Part shown: positions 50,907-63,595 of the stretch, piece after piece
Layout of the letters: each line of letters begins with the position of its first letter
How positions within the stretch are numbered: position 1 is the first letter of the stretch
DNA from: Phoronis australis
Taxonomy: Eukaryota > Animalia > Phoronida
Direction of reading: 5' to 3'
DNA length: 64,000 nucleotides
Assembly: GCA_002633005.1 (NCBI GenBank)
Contig: NMRA01000438.1
Location: forward strand, 62,001-126,000
Notes under the pieces: generated by a model
Database searches by the model: none
Told to the model about the DNA's origin: nothing
The model's input: the letters and a program-made list of their open reading frames with translations, nothing else
Program-made: the position numbers and the translations under genes

Positions 50907-53900
50907 AAGGCGGTTATCGTTACAATCTCGCAAATGTCTCATTTTGCGAGACTATTCTTATGTAAATGAATATGGTAATCCTTGCTGGTTCCCTGCGTGC
51001 CGCTAGGTGGTCAGATGTCACGTTACCCTAATAAAACAAGGCACGTACTGTTTTTATTATTTGTTCATTTTACTATAAAATAAAGATGGCGTAATATTTG
51101 GAGTTATTATGGTTTTCTTTATCTTCAAACTTGTTTCTAAGTGTATCTGATTCAGCTGTAGTGTTTTTTTTAAGACATCATTATATTTCCAAATTGTTTC
51201 TTTCCTGATTATACTTGTACACACAGTTCTGCAAGAAGTCGCAAGGTGGCGCTTGCAACAAATTTAAATATTCACAGTTTTAATAAGGCATAGCAACTTT
51301 AAAACAAAACATTCACTTTCACTATGGCATTGTGTGGAGTTCGATGAGCGGGTTGTAAGGTGTGGTCGTTTTTGTCTGATTTTGTGCAACGCTGTATAGT
51401 TACATAGAGTCAAATTTGCGAAAACAAAATGTTCCACTGTGTTCAAAGTTATATAGCTAACTGTGTCTGAGGATTAAAGATACCTGGTTAAGTTTAGACG
51501 CTACGACACTGAAGCCACACGCTAACTGAGAGGGGCCGTAACTACGGGCGGCGAGGAAAAATAAGACCCACGCTGGATAAAATAAAAGACAAATGTAAAT
51601 TTTGATGTTGTGTCCGCTGTACGTTGATCTGACTCAATGTTTAAAGTGTTTTAAGGAAAATCATGAAACCAAAGAACAAATCCTTATTACATAACATTGC
51701 AAAAATCATTACCAATGCTGAAGATCAGGAGGTCACTGTTTTTAATGTTCAAGCCTAGTGATCGATTTACTATTTTTCCATGGAAAGTCTCCGAAGGTAT
51801 AGAGACGACTGCCATGTTACATAACAATGTGTAGAGGACAGGATACATACATATACATCATGTACAAATAAACTATCACAAGTTTTAATTGCTTCTTTTC
51901 TTCAGGAATTCCACGGTTGACTGACCGCAGTTCCGATATTGCTTGTATTGGACAGATCCTAATATCTTCGGTAAGAGACCGATTCTATGAGTCGCCTAAT
52001 TCGTTTACAGCCAACTAAACACAGCGAAAGGCAACGTTAAAAGGATAACAAACTCACTTTTGGCCTACTAACAGACACCAAGAACGACTTCACCATTCAG
52101 TTCTCCGAAACCAAACAATGCTCTGTAATCACCAACAACTAGGAGGAAAATTTGAAAATTCCTTTCAACCTCTGTTAAACGGGCAAGCGTTACCTACGCT
52201 TTTCGCGAATTACACGGCAACTGTGGGAAAAGACCCACCAAGAACCATAATTTTCCCTCTGTGACATAGGGAGCATGAGTTTTTAGTTGATTCTTGCTTT
52301 TAACTTGAAATATTGACGCCAATGGTGCAGTAGCAGGTGATAGAACGAGGATTGGTGGAACTCGTCAAAACAGGGTTTAGTATCCATTTAACTACGGCAT
52401 TCTTTGTTCATATCTTAATTTCTACATCCGGTAGAAAACTGTTCTCCGTTTGGCGCATCACCCTAGTTAAAAAATCCTCGATATTAGCGCTGAAGTTGCC
52501 CAACTAGTTGAGTTTGGTGCCAAAACCCGTGCCTTTTTGTCCCTGAAATATCTTTTCCTAACTCCAACGCACTGCAAAAAATGTGGTATTTCTGGAGTAA
52601 GAAAAAATACTGAGCTCCAAGTAAAACTATATCCTGGTACACATGCTTCAAAATATATTTTTAGCAATTTTTGGGACTTCCTGCATATCTTCAAAATGCA
52701 AAACAACATATTCACAACTTTTAAAGACATTGTGTGTGTGTATTTTGGAACAAAACCATCTGTGTAACTGGTTTTTTAGAAACAATTAGAGCGGAAAATT
52801 TCGAGCCTGTTGTAACACAGAGGTACAAACGTGCATATTTTAGAGAGTAAAAGTACAAATTGTTTATGCTGTCGGAAAGAATTTGAAGATCATTCAGTTT
52901 TAACTATAACAAAGATTTGAAAGTTCAAGGTGATTGATATAAAGCCGATCAGTTTTGGATAGAATAGCAATCTTTGTGAAAGTCCTGAAAACCTTTTTGA
53001 TGAGTCACTCCTATCACGGCGAGGACTGATCTAGAATTTTCGCACTTTCAGGTCTGAACTCCAATTAATGTGCGTTATATTTTTGGTAATAAACATTAAA
53101 AAATCTTACATTTTCGCAACACCAGTCCAAAGCAGGAACAATTTCACAGACCGAGACTTCAGCATCCAGATCGGATTGAAGGTTTAGATAATACCAAACG
53201 TCTGCTTTCCGGACACTTTATCAAGAACAAATGCCTGGGTATTCATTTTCCATTGCCAACATGGCCGACACGTAGAAACACGGCTGCCAAATAACCCCAA
53301 TTTTAACTTCAACGAAGCCACTGGAAAGAATTTCGCAACTTCAAATTTAGCAACAAGTAAACAAGTGCCTTGATAATAGTCGACCTCGAGTGCACCATCG
53401 CCAACTGGTATAATATTTCAACATTTTAATAAAATGTTCATACCACGATTTTAAGCCTCTTATTGTTTTGACAATAAGAGACTTTAAAACAATTAAAATT
53501 CTGTTCACAACATCTTCATCATACCTGTGAACGTACCTACACCCGTTTCATATGGATGCGCTATAAGTAGAAGTCGCTGTGCACAGTAAGTATTTTCACT
53601 ACTACTACATCGTCTCCTGAAAACACTCAGCGCAGCAAGCGAGGCCAATAACACACCCATATAAAAAACGTGATTTAGCATACTCATAACTTAAATTAAA
53701 GATTTAACCCACATTTCTTAGGACTTTCATTTCCTTTGCTCTCCAATAATTGTGCCACGTGATCATACGATAACCTTTTGGTTTATTACACGTCATGTGA
53801 CATGGTTATTGAGCATGCCATCAAGAGGGGTGACGTCAAAAACCAACCACAATGTACAATACAATACAATACGGTCATTGAATATAACAGAAATGGCAAT

Positions 53901-53908
53901 AAAGTCAC

Positions 53909-53914
53909 TTTATT
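53909..53914 (-). promoter_or_regulatory. Probable polyadenylation signal of the - strand gene
   Basis: AATAAA on - strand followed by a GT-rich tract (GTATTGTATTGTATTGTACATTGTGGTTGGTTTTT); implies a ~2.9 kb 3' UTR. Confidence 0.55.
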
Positions 53915-56460
53915 TCTTTAAAACAACAATTCGAAATAACAATTCAAGAATTTGGCATATTTCTGATAAAAACGACGTACACGTATTAATGCTAAAGTAA
54001 AATTTACATGAGATGAACTCTGCAAAACCTTGAACAAATATGCAACCTAACAAATGTCATGAACTCAGTAACAGTGTATAAACACTATTTTGAAGCTTTG
54101 CGAGGTGGAAAACACTGTAACAGAGCCCTGTTCACAAGGTAAAAAAGATAATACTAGATGCATAAAATAATACACGACCCCCCAACTTTTTTGGCATTAC
54201 CCCAAGAACTATGACCAAAATTATAACCTAGAAGAGACAGTTCTTAGAACACCAAACGACCCAGGGTTGCTTAACATCACAGCAGATTCATAGATTTACT
54301 GACACATTCATTCGCTATCTCACATAGTGTCAGACTTTCACGCGTGAAAAACCTCATTACACGCCTAGACAGTCAACAGCTGTGACCGATTTGCACAGTA
54401 ATTTGCCTGAGTAACAAATTGGTCGAATCATAATTTCAATGGCCAGAGTGCAAGCGGTTAAAGTACATTTACCCTGCTAGTCTAATTATACAAAATATTC
54501 ATCTTCTCACTAAACTTCAAGCAAAACCAGATCAGAACGTTTCTTTCTCACAGTCCCCATGATAAAGCTTTCGGGCTAAGACTCATCTTCATAACCAGGT
54601 ACGTTCTTTAAAACAATCTTTCACGGAAAAACACAATAGAAACAAATTAATACTTTCACAAAAGCAGGTAGTACAACAGAATTGTAATATCAGTACAAAC
54701 CAAGTACCAGTTCATCCCGATAAACATTTCATCAATTTCCGGGTATCTCCCATACACTAAAACTAGCCGCCGAACACTATCTATTAACAATTTCTTCTCG
54801 TCTTAAACAGTAAATCAACCATCATTTCTGAGTGTACCTAAATTGCATTTAACAAAACACTTTTTGTACTTTTTTTACATACAAATTTAAAATTTTTCAA
54901 AAGATAGATGTGAAAAACTGATCACTGAATAAACCAGAAATGAATAAATCTTACTATACACAAACTAACCAACCGTAGGTTAAAACAGAACACTGATCAA
55001 AAATCTAAAAAAATAGTTTTTGATTTCTTCAAATGAACCAAATCTACTTCCAATGACTGAAAATACCTACAAAAAATTACTATAATGAACATAGTACCCA
55101 AAGCGACATCTATTGACAAGTTTTTGGCTATTTTGTACACAGACATTTTACAGTTTGCATTGAAGGGCTTATTGGCATTTGGTAACAAAAGCAGGGTGGT
55201 GAATCAAAACATGTTTCGTGGATTAGCTACTTAATATCTTCCACTCTCGATGCTACAAAGCTTTTGCTTGCAACATTGCAAGGACTGTTTCTTATAAAAT
55301 ACATACTGTTGCAAGGGCAGTATCATTAACATAAATTTGTATGAACTGGTTTAACATACATGTACTCTTTCCTCTACACTCACCAATCCAGAATACAAAA
55401 TGAGTTTCACTAGTCGAAATACGTTACAAACAATAAACATTTCGTAACTTTCGACCCTGTTTGAGTTTGCCTTTACTATGAATTTCCATGGAAACCTCCT
55501 TCCATACCACGCCAGCTACATGAGTACCCATAATGCATGAGCCAGCTGTCACTCACTATGGTGGCTATTTTAGGTGGTGGTGCACATCCAAAAATAAACT
55601 AAAAATGCATATGAAGTTCAGCTGGGTTTGAAAATATTTAGAGCTGTGAGGAATGAGATTCAGGCTTATGTTCCGACTGAACTAGCTTGCATTCAAATCC
55701 AGCACTGAAGTTTATGACAAAAATGAAGCGAAAAAACATCTTTAAGAGGGAACATCAACCAATCAGTGGAAGATTTACAAAACAACTTTTGATTTGGGCC
55801 AATGGCCGTTTTAAAATAGGTCTCATAATATTTCTTACTCAGGTTAGAAATTATTTCTAGGCTCAAGGAAAATTCCTTATTGAGAACATAGTTTATAGAG
55901 ACTTCAAGTAATGTTTCACAGACATGAAGGCAGTGAATAGCAATGGCTTGATTGGTTGCTGTTGGCTAACAACCATGCATTTCTGCGAACTCACCTCACC
56001 CAGTGCATAACCATGATCCTACTTTCAAAGCCACTATCACAATTTCTCATAATTTGTAAATGTTTCCAAAACAGGGCCAGCGAGTAACTGCTACAGTAAA
56101 ATGAGGCTTTCTTCAAATTTACATGCAGTCAGTCACCAATGCCTTAGAAGCCAGCTTCCATAAGTATGTTTGGGATTACATTTCAGGTCTACAAAGGAAA
56201 GACATGCTGAATACACACCCTGAGGCTTATTGTAACCAGCAACTTTCAATACCTGGCACAGGTAAGATGCCAATGGCTAATCTGACAAACAGTTATGACT
56301 CACCAAGTGTGACACGGGAAACGTGAAGGAGAGAAATGCAGTCCTAGTCCTCAGATGCATATAATAGTATTTGGCAAATGTAATCAGACATAATTTTTTG
56401 TCCCTGCCACGACAGCTCACTCTGCAGACAGCAAAAATGACCAGTAATACCCATTACGGC

Positions 56461-56597
56461 GAAAAATTCCAATTACAAAATAACTTATCCACTTTACTAA
56501 CTGTCCAGTAAATTCCCTTCATTCTCGGTTACAGGAGAAGGCTACCCTGATGATGAATTCGGTTTCTGCTCAGATGCCATGAAGAGGAGTTCTGGGT
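56461..56597. repeat. ~135 bp repeat with an inverted partner at 61172-61306
   Basis: CCCTTCATTCTCGGT..CTGATGAT.AATTCGG.TTC.GCTCAG..CATG..TTCTGGGT matches the reverse complement of the partner. Confidence 0.75.
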
Positions 56598-56750
56598 AAT
56601 TTTGTCCAAATAAATTTGCCAATTACTGTAGCCAAACTGCGCTTCCTCCGCACTGAATCCAAGTTCCAAGTAACCAGCACCATGACTGAAGGCGGTGGGG
56701 ACGACAATGAGGATGACGATGATGATGACGGTTGTAATGTAGTCGGTCGC

Positions 56751-56853
56751 CTAATAAATATCTGAGACATATGGCGTGAGATCACCGATACCATCCCAAG
56801 AAGGTTTACAGAAACATCGGACACGGCCTGATCGTGGACTGACATCAGCATCG
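56751..56853 (-). CDS. Uncharacterised ~140 aa protein, terminal exon
   Basis: Acceptor CTTTTTTTTCATTACAG, phase 2; (Y)DADVSPRSGRVRCFCKPSWDGIGDLTPYVSDIY*. Confidence 0.75.
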
Positions 56854-58069
56854 CTGTAATGAAAAAAAAGAAGCGCTGGTAGGAGAATTACTCTACAACG
56901 CTCACACAAAACTGGTGCTGCAGTAAATAATTTTGGAAGATTAGACGGCTGCAGTAAATATCAATATAAACTAGGAGCACTTCTTGTCAGAATTATTCAA
57001 AAGTTTAGTTAATAACACCTTTGTCGCAATGAAATGGGATTTTTAAGGAACTTTGATGCTGAAGTGTCGTTATTGCACGTAGCAGTGAATTGTTTACTAG
57101 CTTGCGATTGGTGTTGAGTTTAAGTTGCTGCCACTTGCGGCGAGCAACACCTGTTGAGATTCCGCTACAACTGAAGCAAGCTCTCATTGAAAAGATGTGG
57201 ATATTTTGTTGTAGTTTTGTGAATTGACACTTTGACAAATTTTGCTTTTGTCAAGTTTGTTTTGAAAACTATTATAACTTGCTAAAAATGATCCATATTT
57301 AGCCAAATCTTTAAGACAGAAGCCCAGAAGGTCATATTAATAAATTATGAAGGCAAACTTAATGTAGTTGGCACATCAAACTTCACTTTTTGCACATTCA
57401 ACATCTGAAGAATTACTGCAATGTCCATAACACATAGGAATGCCTGCTCCTACTGCCCTCTACCAACAGAGAACAATACTAGACATCCATGTCATGCATT
57501 AAAACATCAACAAAATAGTTAATGTACACAAGTGGAATCACTGTTTGGTGCTAGTACCATCACATAATGGCAGAGGGCAGCATCAGTCACTTGTTCCATG
57601 TGATCGCAAGACATTGCCATAGTGAAGCCCCCCCCATTGACAATGAACACAGTTGAACAGCATTACAGTCAACGCAACCAAAGGTTTACTCAACTGTTTG
57701 TTTTAACCAAATCAACACTTTAGTTGACTTCCAACTTCTGACGAGGCTACACTAATTTAAGGGTATCTGTCCTTGAACTTTCTGATTTGAACAAATGAGC
57801 CATTGCAGGTGAATAGACCACCATCATATTGTTCGTTTACAATGTGGAGCAGTTGCCAGCGGCATGACATAACCGCTTTCCATCTCAATTCCAAACAGTG
57901 TGAATACATGACAGTCGATGAAAAAGAAGTTGATCGAATATTCCGAATGTATAAGGAGCAGACAAAGAAACCTCTACAACTGGAGAGAGAAAACCACTAA
58001 AATATTTAAAGGATCTCGAGAGAAAAGCGAAAATAATTGGCCATAACAAACACTTAACTAGGTGCTTAC

Positions 58070-58227
58070 TATGCGTAGACAGATGCTGGCTGACTATATT
58101 GCTGTACGTCAGGAACGTAGTCAGAGTCCATGCTATGACAAGCTGACTCAAACTGAGGGTCAACCTCGGAGTGCATGTGTTCATCTGCCTGAGATGGCGG
58201 CTCTGAAGAAGGTGGTACTTGATGAAT
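58070..58227 (-). CDS. Uncharacterised protein, exon 3
   Basis: Acceptor TTTTGTTTTGCGTTTCAG, donor TA|GTAAGC, 158 nt, phase 0 to 2; IHQVPPSSEPPSQADEHMHSEVDPQFESACHSMDSDYVPDVQQYSQPASVYA. Confidence 0.75.
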
Positions 58228-59482
58228 CTGAAACGCAAAACAAAACAGGTCACTCATGCTTGCGATCAAAAAAACCAAGACACATGCACTTCGCAGCATG
58301 AAGCTAATAAATCAGAGAAAAACTTAACAAACCGTACTTAGTTGTCAAAAACAGGTTGATGAAATTTCGTCTCGACCATAATGAAAAAATCTCGAAGCAA
58401 AAATGTTTGACTTATTTTCAAATACTTAGAAAGAAATTTTTTATCAGCATTCCTTCTGGGTTGTGCCAGGCCAATTTGTAGATGAAATTTGTCAATTTTT
58501 TAAGAGTAGTGAACTTACCGTTTGATAATAAACTGATCCACCATTTTGTTTTAGGCTTAAAGCTTACCTTTAACAGCAACCAGATTAATTTGGCACCCAC
58601 AAAATGTTTGGAGCACCACTTTGACTATACCGGCGACATGAACTGACAAATTCAATTAACAGCTTGGCTTTACTGGGTTTCTTTCAAAAAGTATGGCATG
58701 TACTGGTATAAGACTTCAGCTAGTTCAAACAGCTCCAAGCAAAACCCACACCTTGCACACTCCAAAAGGAAATGCGCCAATGATCATACACATGCGCACT
58801 ACCTATCTCGCTGGATCTCGTTGTAGCGACAACTAGCGGTAGAGCTACTAATTAGCCTATCCTAGCCTATCCTTGTTTGTTGTGACACAATACGGCATGA
58901 ACAAGGTTATATTTGATGTACCAACATATGAGTGATTAAATCAGGATTTCCTGTATTACTAAAGCATAACTATGATTATTCAGATAACTCAATGCATCTA
59001 AAATAACAACTGCAATGATGACTGTGCCACCTATTTTAAATGTTTTGTACACATTGTAACGCGTGACCATGTTCTGATGTTGTGCCCTGTATCTACTGAG
59101 GTCTATTGTAATTCTTACTGTGTGACCTCTTTCGCATGTAAATTAGGCGTACTTGGTTACCTAGGAGTGTTCTTCCACTCTTACCAGCACGTGAGAATTT
59201 GACACGTATATCGGAAGACATTTTGTAAGACGAGATGCGAAATCAATGATGCCCATGAAAATTTACGGATTGGCGTACATGTCGGGAACAATAACTGTGA
59301 ATAAATGTCTTTATCCAGTGAGTTGTCGTAATGAAATATCTGTAACTACAAAAACTATTCGTAGAAGGAAGACTTTAACATCCTGGCTTTCACATTCCGC
59401 CTCCACAATCAGCTTTTTAATCAGTAGCTACACAAAACGTCGCATGGTCGCGGGTACTTCGTATGGAACATTTGTCGCATAA

Positions 59483-59754
59483 CAGTGTTTTCCGCAACAG
59501 AAAATTCAAACTTCATTGCAATTACAAAGCTCATGTACATTTTCGAGAGTCCTCGTGCCCACTGCGGGAAGTTGGTGAGTGCAGTATTGGAAACAGTGCC
59601 TTGAATTGGTACCGTAAGTGCCAAAATGTCCAAATTTGTTTACGAAATCACTAATCTTTCAATATTTCAAACTCGTTGCAAGTAAGCCAAACTCATCACG
59701 GCAAAATTCAAACTTGACGCAGTGACGAGTCAAAACAGATTGTGGAGAAAACTG
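59483..59754. mobile_element. ~272 bp MITE family D copy 1
   Basis: TIR CAGTGTTTTCCGCAA / TTGTGGAGAAAACTG; degenerate 5 bp TSD CATAA / CAGAA; internal similarity to 61419-61690. Confidence 0.7.
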
Positions 59755-60250
59755 CAGAATGTGTGGGCCTAAGTTAGTGAACTTTGCATTGACTGTGTCT
59801 TCCTATGCGACAAATTTCTATTGATTTGGATTACTTGTGCTGCGCGGGGCTACAGCTGCTCTGCGTGTGCGTTCAACTAATCACCTCTGGCATGATACCT
59901 AACAAACAACTGCTCACGTGAAAGTAGTTTCCACAAGAGGGTAGCACTGCATGCAGCTAGCCACCACCATTTTGATGAGTATAAACAACTTACATGAGTT
60001 TTGCATTGTCCCAAAATTTTTTCAAATGCGGATGGACACGAAAGCAGTTGGCAGCACAGAGATTTTGTCCACCAAGTTCTTACCAAAAAACTATGACCCA
60101 CTCTCAAAGTTCAGAAACAACACAAGACATACAGAGAAAAATAGTCAGACACAAAAGACATGACATGTAAAATCTAACCACTTAAAAGCAACGTTAAAGA
60201 ATATTCTACAGTGCCTGTAGTAATTAAAAACAATTGTACAAATAAGTCAC

Positions 60251-60328
60251 CTGTTCATCAATAGATGGCGGTCTGTACCCAAGAGAGAAATTGGTCTGTG
60301 TATCCATGCTGAGATCTTCATGAGCTGC
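60251..60328 (-). CDS. Uncharacterised protein, exon 2
   Basis: Acceptor TTCTTCATTTCAG, donor CAG|GTGACT, 78 nt, phase 0-0; AAHEDLSMDTQTNFSLGYRPPSIDEQ. Confidence 0.72.
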
Positions 60329-61001
60329 CTGAAATGAAGAACACACACTGGTGTGAATGTAACTCTAATTAGGAGGCATCGAATTTGGGCCACTCTACAA
60401 ATAATTAAAAATCATGCAAAATTCCACTCATCAGGCCCAAAACTCAAACTCTCCCCCAATCATTCAAAAATTCCTCTTAGTCATAAGGTTAGAATCACTT
60501 TGAACTCGCACAAACTCTTGGCTACAAAATGTATTACTAAATGCAAAAATACAAGTTCCCTTAATTTACAATTCATTATTTTATAAAATCAGTGCAATTG
60601 CCACCACAGCAGTCAGCACACAGCAAGCACGCGCTTCCATTTCAACAGAAAATAAACAGATGGAAGTTGGAATTGTTCAGCAAAATGAAAGTGAAATCAG
60701 CGTCACCAGTGTATGCGATTGTCTGCGTTACATGCTCGCTCTTTGACGGGAGGTAATGAGTTAGAGAATGAATGTACAGGGAGAAGTTGGAATGTGTAAG
60801 GTACCGAGAATGGACCATTCGAGCTTTTTCCAGTTCACGCGTTCTACGCCGAACTGGCAACCGCAGATTTTGCCGACTTTGGATTTTTGTCAGGATGCCA
60901 AATGCGACTTAGCATTAACTTAGACGTCGAGCACTATGACTTACTGTTAATTCTGTATTTGCTTACAATGCAAGAACAAACCAAAAAGGGTTGAACATCA
61001 C

Positions 61002-61085
61002 CTGAGCTTGAGGTTGGTGAATATTTACATGCGCGTTCACAGGAGGAACCAGTTGTACACGCTCCGTGCATCGCCTTTTGGCCAT
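61002..61085 (-). CDS. Uncharacterised protein, first visible coding exon (exon begins at 61091)
   Basis: Acceptor CCATTTTACAG, donor CAG|GTGATG; ATG in strong context GTGATGG; MAKRRCTERVQLVPPVNAHVNIHQPQAQ. An upstream coding exon outside the window is possible. Confidence 0.7.
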
Positions 61086-61171
61086 CACTTCCTGTAAAAT
61101 GGACAAGGACGGAGGTTAGAAGAAACTATGTAGGCACTTACAACATAAGCCATAAGTATTCAGACGAAACG

Positions 61172-61306
61172 ACCCAGAATTCCCCGCCATGACAGCTGAG
61201 CGGAAGCCGAATTAATCATCAGAGTAGTCTCCCCTGATGACCGAGAATGAAGGGGAAATAACAGGAAAGTTGATGGTGGCTAAGCTATTATGTAATTAGA
61301 ATTCTC
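61172..61306. repeat. Inverted partner of 56461-56597
   Basis: Reverse-complement alignment by eye. Confidence 0.75.
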
Positions 61307-61418
61307 ATTTTCTGCTATCTGAATAGTTATAATTACAAACAGTTTCTGCTGTTGAAAGAATTAGCCACGACTTGGTAAAATGGTATTTTGTCCGACTGTT
61401 TTTGTCTTGTACATTAAT

Positions 61419-61690
61419 CAGTGTTCTCCACAACAGAAAATTTTAACTCGACTGAAATTACAAAATTCATGTATATGTTCGAAAGACCATGTCCATACTG
61501 TGAGGAGTTAGTGTTTTGAGTCTTAGAAAAATGTATTGAACTGGTACTAAAAGGTCAAAATGTCATAATCTCTCAAAACTTTAAACTCATTGCATTGGTT
61601 TTCAAAACTCGACATAAGGAAGCCAAACTCGTCGTGGCAAAATTCAAACTCGACACCGTGACAAGTCAAGACAGCTTGTGGAGAACACTG
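61419..61690. mobile_element. MITE family D copy 2 with a 5 bp TSD
   Basis: Perfect 15 bp TIR CAGTGTTCTCCACAA / TTGTGGAGAACACTG; TTAAT on both flanks. Confidence 0.85.
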
Positions 61691-63595
61691 TTAATGTGAG
61701 GATACTTTACAAAAATGAGTTAGCAGAACCGATGGACCTTAAATTGAAGCGGTCTTTAACTAATGACAATGGGATGGAACAGCTGCTGTCTTAACAATTC
61801 TTCAATTTTGATTTTCGTTTTTGCAGAGGCACCTAAACACCCCTTGAATACCTAAGAGTTTTTGAGTGATGACCAATGCCTGGGAAGGATTATGATAAAA
61901 ATTCTCTAGTTTGGGGCAGTAAGTTAATAATTGTGCTCAAGGGTGAAGCTCTTACCAAATTTTAGGCAATATTGACCGGCTATAATGAAAAAATTAAGAT
62001 GAACGACAAACAATATTTCACCTCGATGTTACATCATAGGAACACAAGGAAATGTTTCATTGACCGCTATTTTCTATGATTTAATGAACTCCCAAGTTTA
62101 TTTTCGTACTCTGCTGATACAAAATGCAGAATCCGATATTTGTAAAAATATGATGAACACCAAAATCATCCATGTCCCAATTTTCAGAATCGAGAAAATT
62201 CAATTTTGGCATGAATTTCTATGTTCAAAATTTTAGAAACCACACACCTATCTTGATACTACATTGCCACTACACCTAAACATACCTGAGATTCAGTCAC
62301 AGCACTTCCCTCCTCACTGTACCCAGCTTTCCGTTTCACCCCGTATATCTGACATACGTTGGGATAATGTGCAGGCCAACCCAGGTCAGAAGTAGGCATA
62401 CTGAAAACCATGGAAAAGCAACACGTCAATTAGAAAACAAATAACTCAAATTCTATCAGAGACCTAACTCCCCTCTGAAAAAATTCAACAATTGCAGAAA
62501 ATTTTCACCAGTCTCAAACATTCCCCTCGAGGTTACAATCGGATTCCAACTCATACAGGCACACTCGGCACCAAACAGTTTAATAACTACCGAAGTCAAT
62601 ACAAATCTCAGCCATGTGTAACAGACTCGATGTGGAGAACAGGATATGGATTAGTTTGTCTTCCTTCAAGGCATCTTTCCCTCACATGAGCAAGGGTCCT
62701 GATAAATCAAACGTTACAGTGGTAACCACATACATTCAATTAGTCAATAGTCAGTCTGGTTCATGACAATATTAAATGTGATCAATATGTTCACAATTGG
62801 CCTTGATTACTTCATGCAATCTTTTCCAGATCAAACTCTACTTTCATCAATAGTGATGGTGTCCCAAAAAGAATAATTTGCATTTTGAAAGTATTCAACA
62901 GTACACTCGGCCAGACAGAATGTTCCATAGGGCATACTAGCCCATAGGGTTTACGTCCGATGACGGCACTGGCCATTTTATTTTTGTTACAAAATTGAGA
63001 AAAAATCTTCTCCGCCTTGTTGAAAAAACAGCCCCTTTCATACAACTGACTTCAGTCAGGTGACAGGTAGTCATCCAGTAGTTAGACAAACTAATACACG
63101 CATCGTTGTTACTTTTGTCGTTCTTAATTACGAGCAGATGCAATGAACATTGACGCGCATACCATACAGTCGTACACCATAAAGCTTTCACAAACTGTTC
63201 ACAACTCCAGATACAGGAGAAAGACTCGGATTATCCTTTTCAGCATGCACGTACTACCCGTCGCTCTGTCTGAGAAATTCTTACTACCTGGTATGAGAAG
63301 CCTTTATTTTCTTAACAATGTCAGCAGAATTTAAACATTTATAAAGTTCCCAGTATCTTTTTTAACCTGTGTTCTCTCTAACATTCTTGTCATTTTGGTC
63401 TGTTCATGTACTTGCAGACCCTCTACTGATGCCAAGATATAATGCTTTTCAGACCTTTCATAGTTTACTCTCCATTGTACATCAGGATTTGGATAATTTC
63501 TCTCGACAGCTTATGGCCTCCTAATGTTTGATTCCTGGATTTCATGGTCAATGTTAGACAGTACCACCGTCTCAATAGGCTCTAGCATACATGTT

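Noticed and set aside
57803-58301. + strand ORFs of 65 and 79 aa
   Set aside because: The 79 aa ORF is the antisense shadow of exon 3 of the - strand gene; the 65 aa ORF is intronic and has no support
60321-60342. Sequence resembling miR-22/745 (GAGCTGCCTGAAATGAAG)
   Set aside because: Coincides with a splice acceptor on the opposite strand and has no convincing hairpin partner
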